Shown here: in pieces, positions 9,018-17,302 of the stretch
How positions within the stretch are numbered: position 1 is the stretch's first letter
How the letters are laid out: each line of letters starts with the position of its first letter
From: Pseudomonas aeruginosa
GTDB taxonomy: Bacteria > Pseudomonadota > Gammaproteobacteria > Pseudomonadales > Pseudomonadaceae
Assembly: GCF_001457615.1 (NCBI RefSeq)
Contig: NZ_LN831024.1
Location: 3,210,001-3,242,000, forward strand
Direction of reading: 5' to 3'
DNA length: 32,000 nucleotides
The notes under the pieces: generated by a model
The model's database searches: none
What the model saw: the letters and a program-made list of their open reading frames with translations, nothing else
What the model was told of the DNA's origin: nothing
Made by a program: the position numbers and the translations under genes

Positions 9018-9527
9018 TCACAGGATGATGCTGATGCGCCGCTGGGCGCTGATGGTCTCGTGGTCCAGGCGGATCTCCCGCGAGACGATGCGCAAGCCCT
9101 CGGGGCCGTCGCGCAGGACATGACTGGCTTCGCCGACGAAGCTCCAGGCCTCGCGGTTGCGGAACTGATGGACGACGAAGTTGCTGCGGCTGCTGACCAG
9201 TTCGCCCTCGACCCGCTTCAGCCGCACGTTGCCCACCAGGCGGCGGGTGCGCGAGCGCGGCTGCTCCATCCAGGTATGCCCGCCGAGGATGCTGTCGACC
9301 CGCTCGCGCAGGCGCACGTGGTCGTCGTCGATGATGTACAGGCTGTCCTCCGGCGCCTGGCCGGCCAGTTGCTCCTGCAAGGGCAGCACCCGGTAGCGTG
9401 CGGCGCGCTCGAACAGCGCGAACCAGGTATCCAGCAGGCGGTCGTCGAGCAGCTCGGCTTCGGCGACGAGGAAATCGCTGACCCGCGCCAGCAGGTCGCT
9501 GTCGGGACGGGACAAGGCAAGGCTCAT
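9018..9527 (-). CDS. aromatic-ring-hydroxylating dioxygenase, beta (small) subunit
   Basis: 169 aa MSLALSRPDSDLLARVSDFLVAEAELLDDRLLDTWFALFERAARYRVLPL...IIDDDHVRLRERVDSILGGHTWMEQPRSRTRRLVGNVRL...VVHQFRNREAWSFVGEASHVLRDGPEGLRIVSREIRLDHETI, typical beta-subunit pattern. Confidence 0.9.
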   Translation of the reverse strand: MSLALSRPDSDLLARVSDFLVAEAELLDDRLLDTWFALFERAARYRVLPLQEQLAGQAPEDSLYIIDDDHVRLRERVDSILGGHTWMEQPRSRTRRLVGNVRLKRVEGELVSSRSNFVVHQFRNREAWSFVGEASHVLRDGPEGLRIVSREIRLDHETISAQRRISIIL

Positions 9528-9554
9528 GAGTATCCTCCGGGAAGAAAGTGCCGC

Positions 9555-11387
9555 TCAGAGGCTGATGTCGACCCCATGGCGGGTCAGCCAGCGGTCCAGG
9601 TTCAGCAGGTAGGCCAGGCCGGCGGTCGGGCTCGCCGAGGCACGCGGGCTGGGCAGCGGCGTGCCCTGTTCGAGAGCCTGGCGGACCCGCCCGGCGTCCA
9701 CCAGTTCGAACAGCGGCGAGCGGCCGTCGTCGAGCAGGCGGCCGACCCGCTCGCGCAGCAGCGCCAGGTAACGTGGGTCGGGGTTGGCCGGGAAACCGCT
9801 CTTGCGCCGCTCCAGGATCGCCTGCGGCAGGTGCCCGCGCAGGGCCCGGCGCAGCAGGCTCTTGCTTTCCCCGGCGACGCTCTTCAGCGCCCAGGGCAGG
9901 TTCCATACGTACTCCACCAGGCGGTGGTCGCAGAACGGCACGCGCACTTCCAGGCCGACCGCCATGCTCATCCGGTCCTTGCGTTCGAGCATCGCCGGCA
10001 GCCAGCGGCTCAGCGCCAGGTAGGCGACCTCGCGCTGGCGTCGCTGGGCGGCATCCTCGCCATCCAGCCGCGGCACTTCGGCGAGGGCCTCGCGGTAGCG
10101 CGCCCGGATGTATTCCGGCGCCGCCACCCGTTCGGCGACCTCCCGCCGCAGCAGTTGCCAGGGCCCGCTCTTGCCGGCCAGCCAGGGGAAGCCGTCGTGT
10201 GCGAGGGCGCTCGGGTCGTGGAAGAACGGGTAGCCGCCGAACACCTCGTCGGCCGACTCGCCCGACAGTGCCACCGTGGTGTGCTCGCGGACCTGGCGGA
10301 ACAGCAGGTAGAGCGAGGCGTCCAGCTCGCCCCAGCCGGGCAGGTCGCGGGCCTGGAGCACCGCCTCGTCCTGTTCCAGCACCTCTTCCGGGGCGACCAG
10401 CACGGTACGGTGCGGCGTACCGAGGAAGTTCGCCGCCAGCTGCGCATAGGGTTCGTCCCAGCTGCTTTGCCAGGGCGTCGGGACGAAGCCGCGGCCTTCG
10501 CCGGGGAAGTCCACGGAGAAGGTCGGCAGGCGCCGCGCGTCGCCATCCAGCGCGGCCACCGCGAAGGCGCTGATGGCGCTGGAGTCGAGCCCACCGGAAA
10601 GCAGGCTGCCCAGCGGGACGTCGGCCACCAGTTGCTCGGCCACTGCCTCGCGGAGCAACTGGCCGGCGCGTTCGGCGCTGTCCTCGGCACCCTCTTCGTG
10701 ACGTTCCGCGCGCAGCGCCCAGTAGACCAACTCGCGCACACCATTGCGGTCGAAGCGCAGCGCCTGGCCCGGCCGGACCTGGCGCAGGCCCTTGTACAGG
10801 CCGTGGCCGGGAGTCGGCGCGGTGGTCAGGGCGAACAGCTCGGCGATGCCGCTGGCGTCGAGCACCGGGTTGGCCTCGGGGTTGGCGAAGATCGCCTTGG
10901 GTTCCGAGGCGAACAGCACGCCTCCGGCGGTCGGGTAGTAGTACAGCGGCTTGACCCCGAAGCGATCGCGCACCAGCCACAGGCTCTGCTCGCGCTCGTC
11001 CCACAGGGCGAAGCCGTAGATGCCGCGGAGCCGGGCGAAGGAAGCCTCGCCCCATTGCAGATAGGCGCGCAGCACCACTTCGGTGTCCGAGCGGGTGCGG
11101 AAGACCTGGCCCAGCGTCTCCAGCTCGGCGCGCAGCTCGCGGAAGTTGTAGACCTCGCCGCTGTAGGTCAGCGCCACCCGCCCGCCCGCCTCGGCAAGCA
11201 TCGGTTGAGCACCGTTCTCCAGGTCGATGATCGCCAGGCGCCGATGGCCGAGCAGCGCGTGCCGCGACAGCCACAGGCCTTCGGCGTCCGGCCCGCGCGG
11301 GGCCAGGGTACGGGTCATGCGTTCGAGGATGCTGCGCTGCTCGCCGAGGTCGCGGCTCCAGTCGGTCCAGCCGGTGATTCCACACAT
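9555..11387 (-). CDS. asparagine synthetase (glutamine-hydrolysing), class B-like
   Basis: 610 aa MCGITGWTDW... with N-terminal Cys2 glutaminase nucleophile, RGPDAEG, LGHRRLAIIDL, YSGEVYNFRELR, SDTEVVLRAYLQWG, RDRFGVKPLYYY, and the AsnB ATP-binding SGGLDSSAIS motif. Confidence 0.93.
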   Translation of the reverse strand: MCGITGWTDWSRDLGEQRSILERMTRTLAPRGPDAEGLWLSRHALLGHRRLAIIDLENGAQPMLAEAGGRVALTYSGEVYNFRELRAELETLGQVFRTRSDTEVVLRAYLQWGEASFARLRGIYGFALWDEREQSLWLVRDRFGVKPLYYYPTAGGVLFASEPKAIFANPEANPVLDASGIAELFALTTAPTPGHGLYKGLRQVRPGQALRFDRNGVRELVYWALRAERHEEGAEDSAERAGQLLREAVAEQLVADVPLGSLLSGGLDSSAISAFAVAALDGDARRLPTFSVDFPGEGRGFVPTPWQSSWDEPYAQLAANFLGTPHRTVLVAPEEVLEQDEAVLQARDLPGWGELDASLYLLFRQVREHTTVALSGESADEVFGGYPFFHDPSALAHDGFPWLAGKSGPWQLLRREVAERVAAPEYIRARYREALAEVPRLDGEDAAQRRQREVAYLALSRWLPAMLERKDRMSMAVGLEVRVPFCDHRLVEYVWNLPWALKSVAGESKSLLRRALRGHLPQAILERRKSGFPANPDPRYLALLRERVGRLLDDGRSPLFELVDAGRVRQALEQGTPLPSPRASASPTAGLAYLLNLDRWLTRHGVDISL

Positions 11388-11474
11388 GGATGACGTTCCT
11401 TGCAGTGACCCTTTATTCCCCGCGTAGCCAGGGCGGCGCGCAGGGATCTGCAGGGAGCGATGGTTGAAGACGGC

Positions 11475-12749
11475 TCAGACGGCCACGGCGAGACGCCGCA
11501 GGGCGGCGGGCTGCTGCCCGAGCCGGCGGCTCCATTCGCGCCAGAAGCCGCGGTTCTGTTCCTCGTCGACGTGGCGGCGGGTTGCCGGTCCCATGCCGCG
11601 GGAGAAATCGCTGTAGCCGAGGGCGGCGTGGGCGTAGGCGCGCTGACAGGATTCGAGGATCTCGACGTCGTCGGGGGTGCCGAAACCGCCCGGGCCGATG
11701 AACGAGATCAACCCATTGATCCGCGCCGCCCGCTCCTCGCGGGTCTCATCGGCGAAGCCGGCGCCCCATACGGTGACGCTGACCTCATCGGCGGCGGTCG
11801 GGAAGAACGAGCGGATGTTCAGGCCGAGGATGTCGTTGATCACCAGGTTGGGAAAGATGAACAGGCTTTTGTTGGTGTGGGCGATGTCCTCCGCCCGCGC
11901 CTGCCCGAAGCGTTCCACCAGGCGTTCGAACTTGGCGGCGATGGACGGCTTGAGCGCTTCCGGGAACAGCGGGCTCCAGTAGGCGATCGGCCGTCCGGTG
12001 GACGGCGGGCCGCTGATGATCAGTGCGTGGCCGTTGCCCAGCGCTTCGCCGCGGCCATGGCGCTTGTGCGACTCCGGATCGGTGCCGAGGCTATTCAGGT
12101 ATTCCAGGTAGCGCTTGTGGGCGAACGGCAGGTGGTAGGCGTCCACGCCGTTTTCCGCGAGCAGCTTCCAGTTGGCCTTGATCGAATGCTCGAAGCCGCC
12201 GGGAATGATCTCCAGTTCCGCCTCGGACTGGTCGCAGATCAGGTCGATATAGTCCTTCGCCTGGCCCAGGTAGGTTTCCAGGGACGCTTGCCGGGCGCCG
12301 TAGTGGATGAACAGGAAGTTGCGGTAGATCGCGTGTTTCACCCGTGTCAGGGACAGCTCCGGATGGCATTGCCCGGCGTGTTGGTAGGCGGCCTTGTCCG
12401 GCAGGCCGATCAGGCTGCCGTGGCTGTCGTAGGTCCAGCCATGGTAGGGACAGGTGAAACGCTGGCTGTTGCCCTGGCGCTCGGCGCAGACTTTGGCCCC
12501 ACGGTGCGCGCAGGCGTTCAGGTAGACCGCCGGCTCGCCATCGGCGCGACGCTGGATGATCAGGTTGCGCCCGCCGACGTCGCGGGTGATGAAGTCGCCG
12601 GGCTCGCGCAGCTCGCTGAGGTGGGCGGCATACAGCCAGCTGTCGTCGAATATCTCGTGCAGTTCGCGCCGGTGCAGTTCCGCGGAAACATAGGCCTGGC
12701 GCCTGACCCGGAAGTAACTTGCGTCGTCGGTCTCGATATATTCACTCAC
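11475..12749 (-). CDS. aromatic-ring-hydroxylating dioxygenase, Rieske alpha (large) subunit
   Basis: 424 aa. Rieske motif CAHRGAKVCAERQGNSQRFTCPYHGW; mononuclear iron site ENGVDAYHLPFAHKRYLEYL. Start codon is GTG at 12747-12749 (reverse complement of cac). Confidence 0.93.
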   Translation of the reverse strand: MSEYIETDDASYFRVRRQAYVSAELHRRELHEIFDDSWLYAAHLSELREPGDFITRDVGGRNLIIQRRADGEPAVYLNACAHRGAKVCAERQGNSQRFTCPYHGWTYDSHGSLIGLPDKAAYQHAGQCHPELSLTRVKHAIYRNFLFIHYGARQASLETYLGQAKDYIDLICDQSEAELEIIPGGFEHSIKANWKLLAENGVDAYHLPFAHKRYLEYLNSLGTDPESHKRHGRGEALGNGHALIISGPPSTGRPIAYWSPLFPEALKPSIAAKFERLVERFGQARAEDIAHTNKSLFIFPNLVINDILGLNIRSFFPTAADEVSVTVWGAGFADETREERAARINGLISFIGPGGFGTPDDVEILESCQRAYAHAALGYSDFSRGMGPATRRHVDEEQNRGFWREWSRRLGQQPAALRRLAVAV

Positions 12750-12909
12750 CGCCTAACCTCCGTGTAACGTTGACAACCCGGCAACGGGGACGGAGGAAAC
12801 CTAGCACGGGGAAAATCAATTCCGGCAGACTATTTATTCATTAGCTAATAACTCGTAACCCCATGAAAAAAGACAAAATAATTATTTCCCTCGGCGACTG
12901 AAAATTCGT

Positions 12910-12941
12910 CCCTCTCATTGCACTCATGCTTTTATGAGGGG
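12910..12941 (-). terminator. imperfect hairpin downstream of kynR
   Basis: CCCTCTCAT (12910-12918) / ATGAGGG(G) (12934-12941) with one bulge; on the minus strand it is followed by GGGACGAATTTTC. Located 10 nt past the kynR stop. Confidence 0.35.
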
Positions 12942-12950
12942 TCGCCCCGT

Positions 12951-13427
12951 TCAACTCTTCAGGTTCACCAGGTCGAGCAGGTCGGCACCGGCCTTGATCT
13001 CCTGCAGGACGATTTCCGAGCGGATGTCGGTGACGCCGGCGGCGCGGTTCAGTTTGTTCACGATGAAGTCCGAATAGTGCTTGAGGTTGCGCGCCCGGAC
13101 CCGTAGCACATAGTTGGTGGCGCCGGTCACCACATAGGCGGTGACCACCTCCGGCCAGTCCCGGACCCTGGCGATGAACGCCTCGTGCCAACCCTCGACG
13201 TCCTGGCGCAGCGACACATGGACGATGGCTTCCAGCTCCACGCCCAGTCGCTCGGCATCCAGTTCCACCGAGTAGCCGCGGATGATCCCCTCGCTTTCCA
13301 GCAGGCGCAGCCGGCGCAGGCAGGCGGATGGCGAGAGGGAGACCTTCTCCGCCAGGTCCTGGTTGCTCATCCGCCCGTCCTGCTGCAGGTGACGGAGAAT
13401 GCGCAGATCGATGGCGTCCAGGGACAT
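12951..13427 (-). CDS. kynR: Lrp/AsnC-family transcriptional regulator, kynurenine-responsive regulator of kyn genes
   Basis: 158 aa MSLDAIDLRILRHLQQDGRMSNQDLAEKVSLSPSACLRRLRLLESEGIIRGYSVELDAERLG... = Lrp/AsnC wHTH plus RAM domain; divergent from kynBU. Confidence 0.93.
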   Translation of the reverse strand: MSLDAIDLRILRHLQQDGRMSNQDLAEKVSLSPSACLRRLRLLESEGIIRGYSVELDAERLGVELEAIVHVSLRQDVEGWHEAFIARVRDWPEVVTAYVVTGATNYVLRVRARNLKHYSDFIVNKLNRAAGVTDIRSEIVLQEIKAGADLLDLVNLKS

Positions 13428-13460
13428 GTGCAGTTCCTATCAGAATGAATAGCTATCTTC

Positions 13461-13554
13461 GAATTTTGTGCGAACAGATTGCCATGCGACCTTGCATTTC
13501 GCACGAAAATTCTCCGAAATCTCGTTCATTATCATTCGCTGAATTTCCGGAGAA
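13461..13554. promoter_or_regulatory. kynR-kynB divergent regulatory region with two imperfect inverted repeats, probable KynR site(s)
   Basis: IR-A: GAATTTTGTGCGAA (13461-13474) vs TTCGCACGAAAATTC (13498-13512). IR-B: TTCTCCGAAAT (13510-13520) vs ATTTCCGGAGAA (13543-13554). Region is conspicuously AT-rich for this DNA. Confidence 0.6.
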
Positions 13555-13559
13555 AAACA

Positions 13560-14201
13560 ATGACTTCGCTCCGCTACTGGGACATCAGTCCCGCCCTCGA
13601 CCCGAGCACGCCGACCTGGCCCGGCGACACTCCGTTCCAGCAGGAATGGGCGGCGCGGCTGGACGAGCAGTGCCCGGTCAACGTCGGCCGGATCACCCTT
13701 TCGCCGCATACCGGCGCCCACGTCGACGGCCCCCTGCACTACCGCGCCGACGGCCTGCCCATCGGCCAGGTGCCGCTGGACGTCTACATGGGACCGTGCC
13801 GGGTGATCCACTGTATCGGCGCTAACCCGCTGGTGACCCCCGAACACCTCGCCGGCCAGCTCGACGACCTGCCCTCGCGGGTGCTGCTGCGGACCTTCGA
13901 ACGGGTCCCGGCGAACTGGCCGGAAGGCTTCTGCGCTATCGCTCCGGCCACCATCGAGTGCCTCGCCGAGCGCGGCGTCAGGCTGGTCGGCATCGACACC
14001 CCGTCGCTCGACCCCCAGCACTCCAAGACCCTCGACGCCCACCACGCGGTGGGCCGCCACGGCATGGCGATCCTCGAAGGCGTGGTCCTCGACGACGTGC
14101 CCGCCGGCGACTACGAACTGCTCGCCCTGCCGCTGAAATTCACCCACCTCGATGCCAGCCCGGTGCGTGCCGTGCTGCGCGCCCTGCCTACCGCGGAGTA
14201 A
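13560..14201 (+). CDS. kynB: kynurenine formamidase (arylformamidase)
   Basis: 213 aa [65 protein letters not shown]; [12 protein letters not shown] is the cyclase/KynB metal-binding motif. Start preceded by GGAGA RBS at 13549-13553. Confidence 0.95.
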   Translation: MTSLRYWDISPALDPSTPTWPGDTPFQQEWAARLDEQCPVNVGRITLSPHTGAHVDGPLHYRADGLPIGQVPLDVYMGPCRVIHCIGANPLVTPEHLAGQLDDLPSRVLLRTFERVPANWPEGFCAIAPATIECLAERGVRLVGIDTPSLDPQHSKTLDAHHAVGRHGMAILEGVVLDDVPAGDYELLALPLKFTHLDASPVRAVLRALPTAE

Positions 14202-14204
14202 CCG

Positions 14205-15455
14205 ATGACCACTCGTGACGACTGCCTGGCGCTCGACGCCGGCGATCCCCTGGCCGACCTGCGCCAACTGTTCGCCCTGCCCGACGGCGTGATCTACCTC
14301 GACGGCAACTCCCTCGGCGCCCGCCCCCGGGCCGCCGTGGAGCGCGCCGCCGAAGTGGTCGCCGCGGAATGGGGCGAGGGCCTCATCCGCAGCTGGAACA
14401 GCGCCGACTGGCGCGGCCTGCCGGAGCGCCTCGGCGACAAGCTGGCGCCCCTGATCGGCGCGCGCGCCGGCGAAGTGGTGATCACCGACACCACCTCGAT
14501 CAACCTGTTCAAGGTGCTCAGCGCCGCCCTGCGGATCCAGGAGGAAGAAGCGCCAGGGCGCAAGGTGATCGTTTCCGAATCGAGCAACTTCCCCACCGAC
14601 CTGTACATCGCCGAGGGCCTTACCGACATGCTCCAGCGCGGCTACCGGTTGCGCCTGGTGGATGGCCCGGAGCAACTGCCGGCGGCGATCGACGCGGATA
14701 CCGCGGTGGTGATGCTCAGCCATGTCAACTACAAGACCGGCTACCTGCACGACATGCGCGAGGTCACCCGCCTGGTCCACGAAAACGGCGCCCTGGCGAT
14801 CTGGGACCTGGCCCACTCGGCCGGCGCGCTGCCGCTGGACCTGCACGCGGCCGAGGCCGACTACGCCATCGGCTGCACCTACAAGTACCTCAACGGCGGC
14901 CCCGGCTCGCCGGCCTACGTGTGGGTCGCGCCGCGCCTGCGCGAGCGTGTCTGGCAACCGCTGTCCGGCTGGTTCGGTCATTCCCGCCAGTTCGCCATGG
15001 AGCCGCGCTACCAGCCCGGCGAAGGCATCACCCGGTTCCTCTGCGGCACCCAGCCGATCACCTCGCTGGCCCTGGTCGAATGCGGCCTGGATATCTTCGC
15101 CCGGACCGACATGCAGCGCCTGCGCGACAAGTCGCTGGCCCTCGCCGATCTGTTCATCGAATTGGTGGAAAGCCGTTGCGAACGCTTCGGCCTGACCCTG
15201 GTGACCCCGCGCGAGCATGCCCGGCGCGGCAGCCATGTCAGCTTCGAGCATGCCCAGGGCTACGCCATCGTCCAGGCCCTGATCGACCGCGGGGTAATCG
15301 GCGACTACCGCGAGCCGGGCATCCTGCGCTTCGGCTTCACCCCGCTGTACACCCGCTTCGTCGAGGTCTGGGATGCGGTGCAGGCGATGCTGGAAATCCT
15401 CCAGAGCGAAGCCTGGAAAGAGCCGCGCTACCAGGTCCGGCACAAGGTGACCTGA
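14205..15455 (+). CDS. kynU: kynureninase (PLP-dependent)
   Basis: 416 aa with [76 protein letters not shown]. Starts 3 nt after the kynB stop. Confidence 0.96.
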   Translation: MTTRDDCLALDAGDPLADLRQLFALPDGVIYLDGNSLGARPRAAVERAAEVVAAEWGEGLIRSWNSADWRGLPERLGDKLAPLIGARAGEVVITDTTSINLFKVLSAALRIQEEEAPGRKVIVSESSNFPTDLYIAEGLTDMLQRGYRLRLVDGPEQLPAAIDADTAVVMLSHVNYKTGYLHDMREVTRLVHENGALAIWDLAHSAGALPLDLHAAEADYAIGCTYKYLNGGPGSPAYVWVAPRLRERVWQPLSGWFGHSRQFAMEPRYQPGEGITRFLCGTQPITSLALVECGLDIFARTDMQRLRDKSLALADLFIELVESRCERFGLTLVTPREHARRGSHVSFEHAQGYAIVQALIDRGVIGDYREPGILRFGFTPLYTRFVEVWDAVQAMLEILQSEAWKEPRYQVRHKVT

Positions 15456-15465
15456 GCCCCGCTCG

Positions 15466-15500
15466 CGCGGGCCGCGCCGGTATTCCCGGGGCGGCCCGCG
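15466..15500 (+). terminator. GC-rich hairpin between kynU and the permease gene (terminator/attenuator or processing element)
   Basis: Perfect 10-bp stem CGCGGGCCGC (15466-15475) / GCGGCCCGCG (15491-15500), 10 nt after the kynU stop; no T-run. Confidence 0.45.
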
Positions 15501-15610
15501 AACACCCACCGCTCTCGCGCACAGGAGCCCGCGACCGGCACCCGCACATCGCCACCGACGTTCCCTCGGCAATTCATAAGAACCCCAATAAGATTCCAGA
15601 GGACATCCAG

Positions 15611-17017
15611 ATGAACGACCCCCAGGGCTTCGAGGCCATCTCGCGCCGCGAACAGGGCCTGCAACGGCGGCTCTCGGCCGCGCAGATGAGCATGATCGCC
15701 ATCGGCGGCGCCATCGGCACCGGCCTGTTCATGGGCAGCGCCTTCGCCATCGGCTTCGCCGGTCCCAGCGTCCTGCTCAGCTACGCCATCGGCGCGCTGA
15801 TCACCCTGCTGCTGATGGGCTGCCTGGCGGAAATGACCGTGGCCCATGCCACCCCCGGCTCGTTCGGCGCCTTCGCCGAGCACTACGTCGGCCCGCTGGC
15901 CGGGTTCCTGGTGCGCTACGCCTACTGGGCGGCCATCGTCCTGGCGGTGGGCACCGAGGTCACGGCGGTGGCCATGTACATGAAGTACTGGTTCGCCGGT
16001 ATCCCGGAATGGGTCTGGATCATCTCCTTCTCGACCCTGCTGATCGGCCTGAACGCCAGCAGCGTGAAAGCCTTCGGCAACTTCGAATACTGCTTCTCGA
16101 CACTGAAGATCGCCGCCATCGTCGCCTTCATCCTGCTCGGCGCCTACCTGGTGTTCGGCTCCGCCAACCCGGCCTACGGCGTGCACAACTACAGCGCCCA
16201 CGGCGGCTTCTTCCCGCACGGCCTGAAAGGCATGTGGATCGCCGTGGTGGTGTCGATCTTCAGCTATCTCAGCGTGGAGATGATCGCGGTCGCCGCCGCC
16301 GAGGCCGAACATCCGGAACAGGCGGTGAGGTCGGCGTTCCGCTCGACCATCGTGCGCCTGGTGGTGTTCTACCTGCTGACCCTGGCGCTGATGCTCGCCA
16401 TCGTCCCCTGGGACCAGGCCGGGCAGAGCCAGAGCCCGTTCGTCACGGTGATGCAGGCGATCGGCCTGCCCGGCGCCACCGGGGTGATGAACTTCGTGGT
16501 GCTGGTGGCCGCGCTGTCGGCGATGAACAGCCAGCTCTACATCACCACCCGGATGATGTTCAGCCTGTCGCGCGCGGGGCACGCGCCGAAGGGCCTCGGC
16601 GAACTGAGCCGCCAGGGCGTGCCGCTGAACGCGCTGCTGCTGTCGAGCGTCGGTATCGCCCTGGCGACCCTGCTCAACCTGGTCTACCCCGAGCAGTCCT
16701 TCACCCTGATGATGGCGGTGTCGATGTTCGGCGCCCTCTTCACCTGGCTGATGATCTTCTTCACCCACCTCTGCTTCCGCCGCCACCGCGCCCGCCACGG
16801 CGGCGCGCCGCTGGCCTTCCGCATGCGCCTGGCGCCCTGGTCGACATTGCTCGGCCTGGCGCTGATGGCGGCGATCCTGGTCACCACCTTCTTCACCGAG
16901 GCGTTCCGCATGACCCTGGTCTTCGGCGTGCCGTTCCTCGCGCTGCTCAGCGCACTCTACCTGGTCTTCGTCCGCAAGCCCGGCAGGGATTGTCCGATAG
17001 AACGGGCAACGCCCTAG
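15611..17017 (+). CDS. amino-acid permease (APC superfamily)
   Basis: 468 aa MNDPQGFEAISRREQGLQRRLSAAQMSMIAIGGAIGTGLFMGSAFAIGFAGPSVLLSYAIGALITLLLMGCLAEM..., the classical bacterial AAT N-terminus. Start preceded by GAGGACATCC. Confidence 0.93.
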   Translation: MNDPQGFEAISRREQGLQRRLSAAQMSMIAIGGAIGTGLFMGSAFAIGFAGPSVLLSYAIGALITLLLMGCLAEMTVAHATPGSFGAFAEHYVGPLAGFLVRYAYWAAIVLAVGTEVTAVAMYMKYWFAGIPEWVWIISFSTLLIGLNASSVKAFGNFEYCFSTLKIAAIVAFILLGAYLVFGSANPAYGVHNYSAHGGFFPHGLKGMWIAVVVSIFSYLSVEMIAVAAAEAEHPEQAVRSAFRSTIVRLVVFYLLTLALMLAIVPWDQAGQSQSPFVTVMQAIGLPGATGVMNFVVLVAALSAMNSQLYITTRMMFSLSRAGHAPKGLGELSRQGVPLNALLLSSVGIALATLLNLVYPEQSFTLMMAVSMFGALFTWLMIFFTHLCFRRHRARHGGAPLAFRMRLAPWSTLLGLALMAAILVTTFFTEAFRMTLVFGVPFLALLSALYLVFVRKPGRDCPIERATP

Positions 17018-17025
17018 GCGCTCTC

Positions 17026-17052
17026 CGCCCTGCGAACCTGGCGCGCAGGGCG
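17026..17052 (+). terminator. hairpin after the amino-acid permease stop
   Basis: Perfect 9-bp stem CGCCCTGCG (17026-17034) / CGCAGGGCG (17044-17052), 9-nt loop, 8 nt after the stop; no T-run. Confidence 0.4.
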
Positions 17053-17302
17053 AAGCCCGACCGGCGCGCCCTTTCCGGACCGGGCGGTTCCGTTTCCCAT
17101 ACCTTTTCCGTCGCACAAAAAGCATTACCCGCCGGCCGCCGCGACTCCGTAGCGTAGTGCCCAACCGGACGTTCCGGCCCGCGGCGCGCCGCGGCCGGCG
17201 CGCTCCCGTCAGGGACGAAGTGGCGGCACGCCCAGCCATCGAGCGCACTGCATCGCTCTGCCCTGTGGGGACGCAGACGTCGTCAGCCATGAGGGGAACA
17301 CG

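Noticed and set aside
9004-11393. 793-aa minus and 795-aa plus ORFs over the asparagine synthetase and beta subunit genes
   Set aside because: Alternate-frame and antisense shadows. The 610-aa AsnB frame has all catalytic motifs.
12841-12890. AT-rich stretch with TTAGCTAA and an ATG-AAAAAAGAC start-like sequence
   Set aside because: The frame after ATG does not form a supported ORF in the supplied track. More likely the promoter/leader of the Rieske operon than a gene.
14369-15610. N-terminal extension of the 882-aa ORF fused ahead of the amino-acid permease
   Set aside because: Out of frame with the intact kynU. The permease starts at 15611 with a good RBS and a canonical N-terminus.
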